Shown here: one piece after another, positions 12,611 to 26,019 of the stretch | How the letters are laid out: the number at the start of each line of letters is the position of its first letter | Numbering within the stretch: the stretch's first letter is position 1 | From: Octopus sinensis | Taxonomy: Eukaryota | Assembly: GCF_006345805.1 (NCBI RefSeq) | Contig: NC_043012.1 | Location: 12,896,001-12,960,000 of the forward strand | DNA length: 64,000 bases | Reading direction: 5' to 3' | The notes under the pieces: generated by a model | What the model was told of the DNA's origin: nothing | Databases searched by the model: none | What the model saw: the letters and a program-made list of their open reading frames with translations, nothing else | Made by a program: the position numbers and the translations under genes

Positions 12611-15129
12611 TAATGATAATAATAAAAACAACAACAACAACAAAGATTAAGATTATCTTATATAAACTGTAGCACACCAATATACAAAGCTATGCTTTTC
12701 TGAACATGGAAAAACTGAATTATTCGTGAATATTTGAATAAAAGTTGAAATATATATATAGTAGTGAAAACATTAATGATGTGTACAATTTGACACTGAT
12801 AACATGCATGTACACACACACACACACACACACACTCGCATATACATGTATATACATTTGTGTGTGTATGTATGTGTGTGTGTGCGTTGTACGGAAACCC
12901 AAACCACGGTTTTCGAAGTCATGCTCTCATATATATGTGTGTATGTTTAAATGTACATACGTACATGCATACATACATACATACCTATTTTCATATATAA
13001 ATACATACATATATTTATTGTTACGTGTGTGTATACATTAGTGTGTTTCTGCGCGTATGTATGTTTGGTGCTTTGTGTCAGTATAATCCACATATTTACT
13101 ATCTATAAATTACTCCTCTTCATACTTCTCTTCTTAACTGTATTTTATAAATTAATATTTGATCATTTCGTGTTAGATGCATACACACGCCAACCCACAA
13201 CTTCTTTTCTGTGCAAACGTGCAAATACCGTTCGTATGCTAATCACCATATGATTATCTGTATTTCCAGATAGCTGTAGCCTAAGACTTCAATTAAAGTA
13301 AATTCTTGGGATAAATTCCTAACCGTTCATCCTGAGCTGTATGTTCATGCATAACTCGAAATCATAGCATAATATCACGTTTTCCAGTTACTGAGATCTG
13401 TTAAGGTAAAAGTTTGTATCATCACTTTTCTTTCTCTGTATCGAAGGATTTACACATACACCAGCATATCTATTCTCACTGCTGTAAAACGGAAGAGCAG
13501 GAACGTTTGCGATAACTGCTTCAACCGAAGGCCTGCATATTTTTATATTATTGCATGCATTTTGCATTCATTTGCTGGAAGGTATTAGTATAGAGCTGCA
13601 ATCAAAAACCCATTAGTTTCAACATTAGGACCTACGCTTCTAAGCCAAAACTAGGATATTTATTCATCTGGTTTTTTTTTTCTCCGTTCTGTGAAATTCA
13701 TTGTTTTCGCATGGTATTCTGAAAAGACATGCTGCAATAAAAGTATAACAAAAAATATTGAAGTCAGTGAATGTCTATCCAAATCGTTGGTCCATCTTAT
13801 ATCGTGATTTGTCGATTGTTATAAAATAACAAGACTTTTCTTTAAAAAAAAAAGTCAGTTCGACTTTAATATAGAACGCTTATACGAAGAAATATATGAT
13901 GTGTTCACAAGGTAAATGCATATAAATGGCAAAGTATTAGAGGAATCTGGAGCGAATTGAAGCACTGAAACGGAATCTGCAAAGCTCGAGATTGTTCTCT
14001 GGGACGCAACACTCCAACGGTGTAACGTTGGACAAATTCAAATCGGAATGTAATTTAGAAATTACCTAAAGGTGAAAGAGCTAGAATGCACCTGGAAATG
14101 ATAAAATCCTGAAACTCAGATTAAAATATTGATCAAGCACAAACAAAAATATAAGCATCACATTACCACTCAAAACAAGTAGCTGATGTAAATTTATATT
14201 ATCAATCATGTATGGAGGAGAAATTTGGGCATAGGGAACTATCAATTGCGTGGACGATTTCTTTGAACTTGTACGGGGAATGCTCTTGAATTACAGAAAC
14301 CACTGGTTTCCAAGTTGCTGCCCTGATAATAGAAGTTCTGGTTGGAAAGAAACTCTTTAAGCATGGAATAATGTTAGGTAACTTTGCTTGAGTTTCAGAA
14401 AAGCATCAAACCATTCTGCAAGTACATATTTGATATAAGAGGAATGCTCACATCATGATTTCTTTGGTACAGCTGTTATCAGTTATAAGTGAACTCAAGT
14501 TATCAGGGATTAATAGCATCACGTAGACTCTGACATTTGTCGGGGAAGAGTAAGTGTATTCACTAACGTACTTCCTGTCGTGAAATGCGTCCTGTTGACG
14601 TGCTCGTCATATGGCATATTGTTTACCACAAAATGAATCAATAATTGTTTTTGTCAACTTTTAGTATATTTTTAAGAATAAGTTTCATCATTATGTCTAC
14701 AAAGTTGCTTAGTCTGTGAGTCTCAAGGGTTGTACTCGCTATAATTAATCTAAACTTGTTACGTTGTTCAAGAGTAGTATGCTTATAAATGCTGAGGATG
14801 TCTCTTACGGACGTCACATATTGCCTTGCTTCTGTGTAATTCTAGGAATCCATATAAATTGCTGGAATTCTCATTCCCGCATCTCAAGGCAGTTACATTG
14901 ATTTCTCTTTTAAATCTTTTCAGTTAGAAGGCTGAAGCGCTAAGATTGTTCATAGTTTATGATATTTGGTAAAGCTCACACTCGCCGTATTACACGATGC
15001 TAAATAATTACACTGTGTAATTTCTTTGCATTGTGTAGTAGGGAGTGTGACGCTTTCGTAGTAAACAACATCCAGCCGTATTCCTTCTCTAATAACAACG
15101 TCATTATTATTGTATCCATGGATAATTTT

Positions 15130-16100
15130 CCATTGTTTTCAATTGCTGCAAGGATTTGGATTTAAAGAATGGATATTAATCACAAAATTCACTTAATGGT
15201 TTGTTCCTCTCTTTTGTTGGGTGGAAACTAATTTTATTTCGTGTAATTAATTCCCCGTTGATTCCTTTGTCAAATAATTCTTCTCTTGGACATAATTTTC
15301 TACACAAGTGAGAGATAACACTGCGTATTGCATTGCAGGCCTGGTATCGTGATGTTGGAGTGGATTTAAATGTTTTAAGAAGACTTGGATGAGTTGTGCC
15401 AAAGGTTTTGTGTACAAAAGTTTGATTATCTTGCCTTGTCTTATTTTATTTTTTACATTCTGTTTGTACCACCTGATATTGAGAATTCTTTTGACAGTAT
15501 CTAAATAGAAACATGACGTTTTCGGTTGAACGTTCAATTGAACCTCTTGTAATTGATGATATTTTCTCTGTTGCTACTGAGTTTTCCTTTATAGTTGAGG
15601 CTAATTGTGGTTGGTCCTATCTGAGATAATTATCCTACTCATTATTCATGCTTCTGTGTGTATGTTGGATTCTTCCGTTATTGAATATATATTTTTTGTA
15701 GAGAAATTGAAGCTTTGGTTTCTTCTAATAACGCTACATTGCTGGAGTTCATTTTTTTTTTTGGTTTGTCTATTTGGTGATAAGTTTGGGTTTTGATACT
15801 TGTTTGCTGTTTTTGCGTTGGATTTGTAGATTTTAGATCTCTTCAAAAATGTGTTAACCATTTTTAAATTTACTTTTATTTTCCCAAGTCTGAAGAGATC
15901 TTTATCGCTTAATGTTGGCTTTGTTTCCTCACATGCTTGATAGTCTCCTGAAAAAATGATAAGTCTTCCGCCTTTTGTTCACGGAAGTTCACAGTGTATC
16001 GTAGCAATTCTGGTTCTATTTAGAATGTTGTCTGGAGCCATATTCTCTCTAAGATTTCTTTCTTTTTCAGGTTCATTAGCAATTGGTTAAATTCATTATT
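15130..16100 (-). pseudogene. Possible decayed retroelement coding remnant
   Basis: Strand-skewed composition and short broken frames, including YQACNAIRSVISHLCRKLCP, a possible degenerate zinc knuckle. Family not recognised. Confidence 0.25.
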
Positions 16101-16384
16101 TTTCTTGAAGGAACAAGGGGAGCTAAATAAGTTCATGTTTCATATGTTTCGGTTTTACTGTTTTTCGTCACCATGTTTCCTGAAGCAAATTTTTGGCTTA
16201 TGAGGTTTAAGCTGAATGCCTGAGTTTATTTGAATATATATGGCGTTGGAAATTGATATTGTTTGTTACCGTATTATGGTCCCGACAACTGTTGGTCTGG
16301 AATATCTACCATTAGAGTGCATATGATTCTGAAGAACATTACATTATTTTTAAAGAAGTAATAAGGAAGCTTAAGTAGGATCCT

Positions 16385-16770
16385 CTGACTTCAGCGACTT
16401 GTTCCACTGCAGCTGTTTCGGGAATGCGCTATGCACGTTCTTCAAAGTGTAGGTGCCCAGGTATCCTTATCTTCCGTCTCTTTCAGCTTGGGGAACAACC
16501 AAATGTCAAATGGTGTAAGTTCTGGGTTTTAGGAAAGTTGAAGGTTTTTATGTCAATCTTTGTCAAGTAATGGGTTTCCAGGTTGGAATTGTGTTCCTGG
16601 TGCATTTTGCAACGAAATGCCTATCTCAACTGTTATAAATCCTCCGCAAAATACTCCGTGTTGACCATCTGTCCAGAAGGGATCCATTGGATCTAGATGA
16701 TGCATTTCCTATCGAAAAAAGAATGATCATAAGCTTCGCAGTGGACTTGCTTTAATTAAGCGCTTGTGCC
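16385..16770 (-). mobile_element. Mariner transposase internal fragment
   Basis: Minus-strand peptides FFDRKCII*IQWIPSGQMVNTEY, YLTKIDIKT and DIWLFPKLKE match the mariner catalytic region; multiple stops and frameshifts. Confidence 0.8.
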
Positions 16771-17406
16771 AGCGGAAAACATATGCTTGGGTCATACATA
16801 TTAATTTATAAGCAGTCTCGAGTTTTTATACGTTTCTGCCGCATTTTTACTCAGCTTAGCCAATAACATTATATTTCATCGCGAGCTTCCAAATTATCCT
16901 CACATTCCAACTGCATTGAGCAAACCATTCAGCTGTGATAAAACGTGTTTAGCAGGATGTGTTCAAAGGGCTGTGACAGCTGTCTCACTCAAGAATAGCA
17001 AAATTTGACACGTCAGATTATTTGATATAAACTAATGACATATTAAAATAACAATTATCTAGGAGAGTTATAATTGCCTCTCCTGAGAACGTCTGAAAAG
17101 TTCTTGAAGACTTCTTGTAGAGCAAGGATGGCTCTGTGGTCACGAAGTTCGATTTGCAATCATATACATCGGTTCAGCACCACTCGGTGGCATGTTAGCA
17201 AATGTCGTCTGTCAAATCCTATAGAGTAGGAGTAGTTTGAAAAGCGGAGAAAACGAATACAATGAAAGCCACAAATGCAACACTTTAGCATCAACTGCAG
17301 AAACAGGGTCATTTCATATATTGTAACAAAGAACAAACAACAGCTTAACTACAATATATATATATATATACATACACACACGCACCCCACCCCCACACCC
17401 CACACA

Positions 17407-17453
<47 letters not shown>

Positions 17454-17647
17454 GAAAGATGAATAATCTTGTAGTAGATTAATCAACAGTTTAACCGATA
17501 CCTTAGTAGCAAAAATCACAGCAGTACACAGCACGGTTGGAGGTACAACCATCTGGCGTTGCAACCGTGCGTTGGTGCGGATAATTGAAATTAAAACATT
17601 ATTGGTGAATTGAAGAATGGAGCTGAACGCAGATTGAACAGAAATCG

Positions 17648-17744
17648 TTTTATTTCATTCTACACGTGTTTCGAAAGGCACAAATTACCAAAATCCGATT
17701 GAATAATGGGACCATATTGTGTCTTTCTCTTCAGGAAGAAAAAA
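17648..17744 (-). ncRNA. Type I hammerhead ribozyme (left arm, minus strand)
   Basis: Minus strand: CTGAAGA (17734-17728); stem II GAAAGACACAA/TTGTGCCTTTC (10 of 11 bp); GAAA; palindromic stem III ACACGTGT; GUA triplet, predicted cut between 17661 and 17660; stem I TTC/GAA plus distal pairs. Confidence 0.8.
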
Positions 17745-17875
17745 GGAAATCCGTTGAAAAACAAAAACAGAACAGAGGCGGAGCAAAAAACAAATCGCCA
17801 TGGGCTCTTAGGAGCACAGTTCGATTTGTTTTTTGCTCCGCCTCTGTTCTGTTTTTGTTTTTCCAACGGATTTCC

Positions 17876-17971
17876 TTTTATCTTCCTGAAGAGAAAGACA
17901 CAATATGGTCCCATTATTCAATCGGATTTTGGTAATTTGTGCCTTCGAAACACGTGTAGAATGAAATAAAA
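17876..17971 (+). ncRNA. Type I hammerhead ribozyme (right arm, plus strand)
   Basis: TTTTAT-CTTC (stem I 5'), CTGAAGA 17886-17892, stem II 17893-17946, GAAA 17947-17950, ACACGTGT, A17958 (cut after), GAA-TGAA-ATAAAA (stem I 3', 3 bp + internal loop + 6 bp). Confidence 0.8.
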
Positions 17972-18018
17972 CGATTTCTGTTCAATCTGCGTTCAGCTCC
18001 ATTTCTTCAATTCACCAA

Positions 18019-18062
<44 letters not shown>

Positions 18063-20523
18063 GAGCAGAGGAGATTTTATAATGTTCCTACAATAAATGT
18101 GAAAGTGAAATATGAAATTTAATCAACTTCCCACTTATTTCAATGAATGCTTGGTCTTCACTGGTTCATATACATAAAAAACGTGCTTATCACTAATTGT
18201 ACAGTACTCTCACAAAACTATGAATAATTCTATCTATACCGAAACACATACAATGTTCGAAGAAACTGAATATTCTGGTGCACATCCTGTAATGTATTTT
18301 GTTTTCAACGATATTGTGATGTTATTTTTTATGGTTCGAGTGACTTTTTAATGTACTCAAATTCGGCCGCTTATTGCAGAGTTTCGTTTTATTTGAACCA
18401 GGTTAGTCTTCGAAAATATTTAGTTGCTGTTTGCTGCGAGCTTAAACAGCAGCGTATAGATTTCAACTTTGGCTGCATTCATTTTGCGCGAGGGTATGTT
18501 TTGTTCTCTAAACCAGATTAGTAATGATATCCATTTTTAATAATGCTCTTTAAGAAATCTCTGTTGAACACTATTTCCTGCAAAGTACGTGTGCAAGCTC
18601 AACTGTACGTATTTAAATCTTTAATGTCCTTTAGTTAATCATTTTTATTTATAGTTATAATAACTTTAGCATTAAGATTTCTTGCAAGTTTATGTATAAC
18701 ACTTACTTCGTTTTGTTGTTTAATTGAGCTTCATTCACGAACACATTAATATATTTCGTATTAGATAGAACCAGAAATTTATATTTTTAAATCATTTGTA
18801 TTAGCTTCTTTACCTACTGGTCAAAATGTATTATGGGGGAAATTGCCATTCAAATGTTATAATTATCTTTAAAAAATGCTATACAAATGTTTTTAAATTG
18901 GAACGTAAATAACATAATTTAGATGGTCATCTATTTCTTAGTTTGCGTATCCTGTTCCACGTATTTTAATTACTATTACGATTGCACTGTTACGCTTTTG
19001 AATAATAAAGGCGCTGAGCTTTTGATACATTTACTGCATGTAGTGAAAAAGTACGTTTAACCTACGAAAATTGTTTGAACGTGATCTTTATGTACTGAGC
19101 AAAAAGACAAGCTAATAACATGTCTAAATTTCACTAATATTGAATTGCACTAAAGATAGATAATATTTTTATTTGCACCAACAGAAGAAATGGGATTGAA
19201 AAATCCTGGCAGATATCACTTAAGCACTAAGTATAAAGGAATACGGATAAACTTCCCCCAATCAGATATCAGTAAAAGTAAGAAGAATACAAATCGTTTT
19301 TTAGAATTTTAAGAAATTCAGAATATTTAACAACAAATATGTACTTACAAAATCATATCTTTATCCTAGATAATAACTTTAAAATCGAACAACTGTTTCA
19401 ATTGCATTTACACACACACACACATACACACGCACACACACAAACAAATAATGTTATCAAAATTTATAAATATATCTACGAAAATATATATCATCACAGC
19501 ATTTCCGTGGTAATTCAAATTGCTGAAATTCAAACTAAACATCTAAAGAAAGTTTAGCATGCATTAAACTCTAAGAAAAGAAATTCCTTAATCAAATTCA
19601 GTTTAAGACATTCATTCAACTAACACAGACGTCATTGAATAACTAACTTATCTTATAATAAAAGTAAAAATATAAGCAAACATAAAAATAAAAATAAACG
19701 TAGTTAAGAAAACGTATTCAATTATTAGAGACTTGACAATGAAATAAAAGATGAAATAAATCCCATATTAATTATATATCATTTTCACAATTTTTAATCT
19801 ACATAGAGAAATAATCTAAAAAAAATAATGTAATAAAATGAATATTTTCACAATCAATTTTTGATGACATCGATGCATAAGTATAAGAACTACAAACAAG
19901 ACTGCTACGTTATAATTAATTGATAATTAAGAATAAAAACTAGAGATAATAATTCTACGTTTTATTTAATAGAAACTTTTATTCTTTACGCCGCAGTAGT
20001 TAATTACATATTTATTTAATATATTTTAATTAACCTTGTATAATATGTAATTTTATGGTAATTTTATAATGTATTTATATAGAAAATATCTTATATATAT
20101 ATATAATCGTATAGAAAATAACCTTATACAATAATTGAAAAATCATTATAAGTAATAATGCATAGAATTACAGGCGACGTCGCTGGAAAACTAAAGAATA
20201 AAAATTACAGAGAAGGTAATTAAATACGTATTTATTTATTATAAACGAGTAAAAGAAAATAACCGCAGAAGACTGAGCACTCTCATCCTCCCAGCACTTA
20301 ATAATAACAATAATTATGTAGGTCAGCAAGAGGCTAAGAGTAATCTTAAAACTTATGAAATTGTAATGGCAGTGTGGGCTACTTTTGGATCAAAATTTTA
20401 CTTTATTAACACGTATATACATACATTTATGGCATTACGCAGACAGATGGAAGTAACTTAAATATACAACAATTATATTCATGAGTAAATGAAACTCATT
20501 CTTTTTTATCATCCCCCCTCGCA

Positions 20524-20573
<50 letters not shown>

Positions 20574-21150
20574 AATACACATCTTTCATATCATGAGGGT
20601 TTCGTGTTAGCACTTACTATTACAATTTTGAGTTAGGATAAGGATTCCGCTTAAGCAGAATTTGAAAATGGATACAAAGCATTTCGATTTGTGTACAAAT
20701 TTTTACAGAATTAAATTTGATTAATTTTGGTAGTTGAATATCAAACAAAAATATATTTTTAATCGAAGAAAACTAGGAAGGTCTGCAAAGTGTTCTTAGA
20801 CCGAAATTCCGCTCATTGTGTGTTTAGAAATAATTTACATCAAGTTAAATAAAGAGTTTTGCGATGTTACTATTAATTCTATGTATCAATAACTCGAGCT
20901 ACAGCAGCTAATTCAGCTAGTATATTATAAACAGCAGCACACGAACCTCACAAAATGCACAGAAATAATTCGTCCTGGATATGGAAACATTGTGTTATTC
21001 TTGAAAATTGAATTCGATCTAAATAAGACCAATTGAAGCATGAGTAAAATTTCCAATATAAAATTTAAGAAGAAAGGCTATACTTAACAAAAACATTACT
21101 CTCAAGAACAAATAACATTCTCCGAATGCATATATTATAGGACCTACATA

Positions 21151-22004
21151 CCAGTGGGTACCCAAAAGTAATTGGAAATGTTCTTTTGGGACAAAGCCGT
21201 TGTAGTTCAGACTTCCGTCGCGAGAAACCACTTCATGCAAACCTTAGGCATGAGTCCTCCGACCGGGGTCATAGGGTTTGGTCGTACTAGAATGTGATGC
21301 GTCTTTGTTTTTCAGAGCTTCTTCCCTGTTCGCCCATTTTTGCGATGGCTGAAACGAAAGATCATAGTGCTTCCGTGAAATTCTGGGGAATACGGCGACA
21401 GAAACAGCTGTCATGATTCAAGGCCGCTGCCATGAGCGAAACATAAGTTTATGAGTGAAGTTTAGGAATGGTCACTTGTCGCTTGATGACCAACGTTGTT
21501 CAGAACGATACTTGATATCCGGAACGAACGAAAACATCACGAAAATTCAAGAACTGATCTTGTAGGACCGTTACCGAAAATTTGACGAACATGTTGATAT
21601 CAGCCATGTGTACTGGAGCTCTTGCCAAAGAATTTTGAGCGAGTAATTGTGAATGAAAAGAGTAGCAGCAGCGAAATTTGTGCCTCGATTGCTCAAGGAA
21701 GATTAAAAGCAGTCACGACTGAATGAGTGCCGTGTACTGAACGACGAGCTGGAAAATGATGCGGATCTTTTTTCGAAGGTTAATCACTGGTGACGAAAGC
21801 TGGTGCCACGGAACCTGTGGAAGTGGATGAGGTGGACAAAAAATGGCAATAGTTCTAGCACTGCTTTGAATCGTGGAAAACTTCCCTTGAACGATACAAT
21901 GCTCGAAATGGAGAACACTTTGAAGGCAATAAAAGTATAATCATGTAAAACTAACAGAATAAAATAATACTGCAACATTCCGGTTTCTTTTAGGTGCCCA
22001 CTCG
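21151..22004 (+). mobile_element. Internally deleted mariner with both TIRs and TA flanks
   Basis: TA|ccagtgggtacccaaaagtaattgg versus ccggtttcttttaggtgcccactcg|TA. The N-terminal coding relic runs to ITGDESW, then jumps to the C-terminal SWKTSLERYNARNGEHFEGNK. Confidence 0.85.
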
Positions 22005-22390
22005 TATATGTGTGTGTGTGAGAGAGAGGGTATGTGTGTGTACATGGGTGTATGAGTGAGTGTCTTTGTGTATGTATGTATGATGCATGTATTCATGTGA
22101 GTGTGTGTACGTGTATGAGTGCTTGTGTGAACGAACATTTTCATAAATGAAACCTAATTTTACAGAATATATTACTCACGTGATGATAAAATGAAGCACA
22201 TGCAAGAATAAATACCAAGTTCAAAATGCCTGTCGAGAAATTGGGTGATTGAAGAAAATCATGATAGTTGGTGAATGTAGGAAAAGAAGCAAATAGGTTT
22301 ATAAATTAATAGTGGAAACGTGTAATTCAATATTTCTGTTTCTGCTCAATTTTTATTAAAACACACTGACACACAAACACACGCACACAC

Positions 22391-22499
<109 letters not shown>

Positions 22500-23549
22500 C
22501 ATATATACATACATATATATATATATATACAGAGAGATAGAGAAAGAAAGAGAAGATAGTGATGCAGGTAAACACGATATATCTAAATATTGTACACACT
22601 TTTTAAATGCATGTGTGTGTGTGTGCGCGCGTGCGCGTTTGTATATGTGTGTATACATATATATATATTTAAGGATATATGTAAGATCAAATTTGAACGT
22701 CGTAATTATATTTAAACTATTTTCTCAATAGATATTTCTTTACCAAATAGCCTTCATTTTCCACAAATTTTAAAAAATTTACATTTTAATAAAATTTTTC
22801 AATCCGGTCTATTCGTTATATGTTCTCGTTCATGCAACAAAGCGTGTACTCCACATCACTTTAATATTTCTTCTTGCGTACTTAAATGTTTTTATTGATT
22901 AAATGGCTGATATAAATGTTCCCAAAGTTACTAGACTGCAGGAAAAACGTCATTTGATTAAGCTCCCTGTCTTATCAATCCAGATTTCAAATCACGTATA
23001 TTTATATTCATTTCCTTTTTGGTGAACTGAACGCACTAGTGGTGTACTGGAGTCGATTAAACCGACCATCACTTTCCATTCGTAATTATTGTTACGGTGA
23101 CTAATTTTGAAATAACAGCATTGGATTCGAATTACATGACTTCCGTGATGCGGTAACGCTTGTCTACTTGCTGATTTCAAATCCTGCTGAGATAAATTTG
23201 TTTTGTATCGTTTAATTGTTGATTAAATAAAGAACCGGCCAAGTACAGAGATTAATTTCATTAACTGTTCCCTTTCTGTAAATCACCATACATTTACTTA
23301 AATTAGAAAACAAAATTTGAATGCACCGCATTCGCAGAATCTTTAAATATTTCGGTAAAATATTCCGATGTGTTAGTTGGTCTGGCGTTGATTTCGCAAT
23401 CCAAGTGATACCAAGCTCAACTTTGTCTTTCATTCCTTTCGGATTTTCTAAAATTACGTATCACTAAAAATACTGGAGTCGGTGGTAGCCCTGTCAGATA
23501 TAAGTGCTGCTATTGCTTATATTTACTCACGTATTATTCTGTATTTAAA

Positions 23550-23947
23550 GACGGCGAGCCAGTAGAAACGTTTAGCACGCCGGGCGAAATGCTTAGTGGT
23601 ATTTCGTCTGCGGTTACGTTGTGAGTTCAAATCCCGCCGAGGTCGACTTTGCTTTCATCCTTTCGGGGTCGATAAATTAAGTACCAGTTACGCACTGGGG
23701 TTGATGTAATGGACTTAATACCTTTGTCTGTCCTTGTTTGTCCCTTCTGCGTTTAGCCCCTTGAGGGTAGTAAAGAAATAAGTATTTCGTGCGTCTTTAC
23801 GCTATGACTAAAAATTCCGACGAAGTCGATTTTGCTTTTCACCCTTTTGGAGTCGATAAATTAAGTACTAGTTGCGTACTGGGTCCGATCTAATTGACTG
23901 GCCCCCAGCCCCAAAATTTCTAGCCGTGTACCTAAAGTAGAAAATAA
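23550..23947 (+). mobile_element. tRNA-derived SINE family B: full copy (23550-23780) followed by a headless diverged copy
   Basis: A/B-box-like head (gagttcaaatccc) and central gtcgactttgc...tttcggggtcgataaattaagtaccag. 15-bp direct repeat tattctgtatttaaa at 23535-23549 and 23948-23962. Confidence 0.9.
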
Positions 23948-24399
23948 TATTCTGTATTTAAATTTGGCGGATTTATAGAATTACTTGTCCTACTAGCATT
24001 GATAACTTATATACCAATCGGTATTTTGGAAGTAATAGATCTCTCCTTTAATTCCCAAGCCTTACTTTGGATAATTCTCAGAAAAATATAACCACATGTT
24101 GCATATTTCACATATTTCATTTGGGAAATATCTAATGTATTATTTTCTGTTCTTGTTATGCAATAAACAAGAAACAATAAATACAAAATAATAAATATAA
24201 TTTATGTAACTTGAATATGTATCTGAGACTAAAGTAATCACTGTTGAGCAATGAGAACAGTATAAAATAACGACTTCAATTATTAATTTTAGTCTCACAT
24301 TGAAACAAAGATAAATTAAACATTGCAGATGATTTTTCCAATGCAAATACAACAGGAGATACTCAGACGCTTTTCGAGGTTTTCTAAGTCCATTCCAAT

Positions 24400-24720
24400 G
24401 CTAGAAAACCTTCTGTATTGTCAGCAGCCATCTCAGAGTCACAAGCGTTTCATCACATTATATATACGCTTCACTTGAGTACGGAAATGATGACCAGATC
24501 TAGTCTCCACGTAGGGAAGGGTTCCACTTGTCGTTTCTTATCAACCATAGAAACCTTTAACTAGTTTCATCTTGCGTGCCTATTTCTTTGATGACTTTCT
24601 TCAGTTGCTCGAGTTCTACACTTTCCTTCTACAGGAAACAACGCACCGATGACGATGGAAACCCGTGGCATCCGATTTCAATGCTAAACGATGCCACATT
24701 CAAGTCTTTGATGTGGTCTC
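24400..24720 (-). mobile_element. 3' fragment of an RLE-type LINE (HERO/NeSL-like C-terminus)
   Basis: Minus-strand peptides LNVASFSIEIGCHGFPSSSVRCFL and LKKVIKEIGTQDETS*RFLWLIRNDKW resemble the EVGCRGF...SRWLWL end of restriction-like endonuclease domains. Confidence 0.6.
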
Positions 24721-24751
24721 ATTTTGTATCATGCGTTTAAGTAAATATTCT

Positions 24752-24963
24752 TTTCCACTCTAGAGACAAGACCCAACATTGTTGGAGAGGGGACTAGTCA
24801 GTTAGATCGCCCTCAATACGCATCTGATTCTTAATTTATCGACCCCGGTAGGATGAAAGGCAAAGTCGACCTCGGCAAAATTTTAACTCAGAAAGTAAGG
24901 ACAGGCGAAATACTGCAAAGCATTTCGCACTGCGCGCTCACGTTTCTGCCAGCTCGCCGCCTT
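24752..24963 (-). mobile_element. SINE family B copy
   Basis: Reverse complement begins aaggcggcgagctggcagaaacg; homologous to 36732-36962. Confidence 0.9.
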
Positions 24964-24974
24964 AGTTTAAGCAA

Positions 24975-25025
<51 letters not shown>

Positions 25026-25638
25026 AGAGAGAGAGATACATGGATAAATAGATAGATAGCTAAATACATACATACATAATACATATATATGTATGTAAGT
25101 ATATATGTATATATATGAGAAATTCATCTGACATACGTATCTCTTTATTTGTCTTAAATATCCTATCCTTAGATGAATTCGCTGGCCCATCTTGTTAGCA
25201 TCTATATTTGTATTTATCTGTTTCTAAGAACTATAATCTGCAAAATTGTATATCCATAGATCGTTAGATAATAGGATGTCTTCACATAGCAAAGTATTAA
25301 GCAAGTATATTGATTCCAATGTGATTATAATAATTTTATTATGAGATTAAATTTGGTGTAATTACTTATGCAATATTTCACATTAAAGAATTATCATTAT
25401 CATCTAGTGGATACTTATTGAGAATTATTGACAAAAGTTTAGCAAGACGCACAGAGCAAAACCAATTGCTGTGATCTATTTTGTTAATGACATGGTAAAT
25501 ATGTTACATGTTTGGTATCTATGGAATGGTATGCCATAGCAAGATAACTGCTACTGAATGGGAAAACAACTATATTAAATGCGTACCATTACTATCAAAC
25601 ACTACCTACCATGAATGAAGCCATACGGTTGTTAAATG

Positions 25639-26019
25639 GTGGCACTACGTCGGTTATGACGACGTAGGGTTCAAGTTGATCCGATCAACGGAACAGCCTG
25701 TTCGTATAATTAACGTGCAAGTGGCTGAGCACTCCACAGACACGTACACCCTTGAAGTAGTTCTTGGGGAGATTCATCGTGACACAGAGTGCGTCAATGC
25801 TGGCCCTTGGAAATATAGGTATAACAGAAACAGGAAAAACGGGTGAGAGAAAGTTTTGGTGGTAGAATATCGGGGTTCGCCACCACACCCTGTCGGAGAC
25901 ATGTAGAGCTTTAGGTGTTTTCGCTCGATAAACACTCACAACACCCTGTCTGGGAATCGAAACCGCGATACAATGACCGCGAGTCTACTACTCTAACCAC
26001 TGGGCCATTGCGCTTCCAC
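25639..26019 (-). mobile_element. tRNA-derived SINE family C with 12-bp target-site duplication
   Basis: tRNA-like head gtggaagcgcaatggcccagtggttagag...ggtttcgattccc on the minus strand. ggttgttaaatg is duplicated at 25627-25638 and 26020-26031. Confidence 0.9.

Larger units (their letters stand above)
17598..18022. repeat. 425-bp near-perfect palindrome (~200-bp arms, 24-nt spacer)
   Basis: Arms 17598-17797 and 17822-18022 are reverse complements with about 4 differences. Spacer is ccatgggctcttaggagcacagtt. Confidence 0.98.

Noticed and set aside
16400-16460. TTGAAGA...GAAACAGCTGCA on the minus strand
   Set aside because: Lies within mariner coding sequence; no proper stem II and U16.1 is missing.
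21398-21411. GAAACAGCTGTC half-hammerhead
   Set aside because: It is mariner coding sequence (TETAVM) with no CUGANGA upstream.
24633-24740. Plus-strand exon candidate after ctttccttctacag (KQRTDDDGNPW...)
   Set aside because: The opposite strand matches an RLE-LINE C-terminus, which explains the sequence better.
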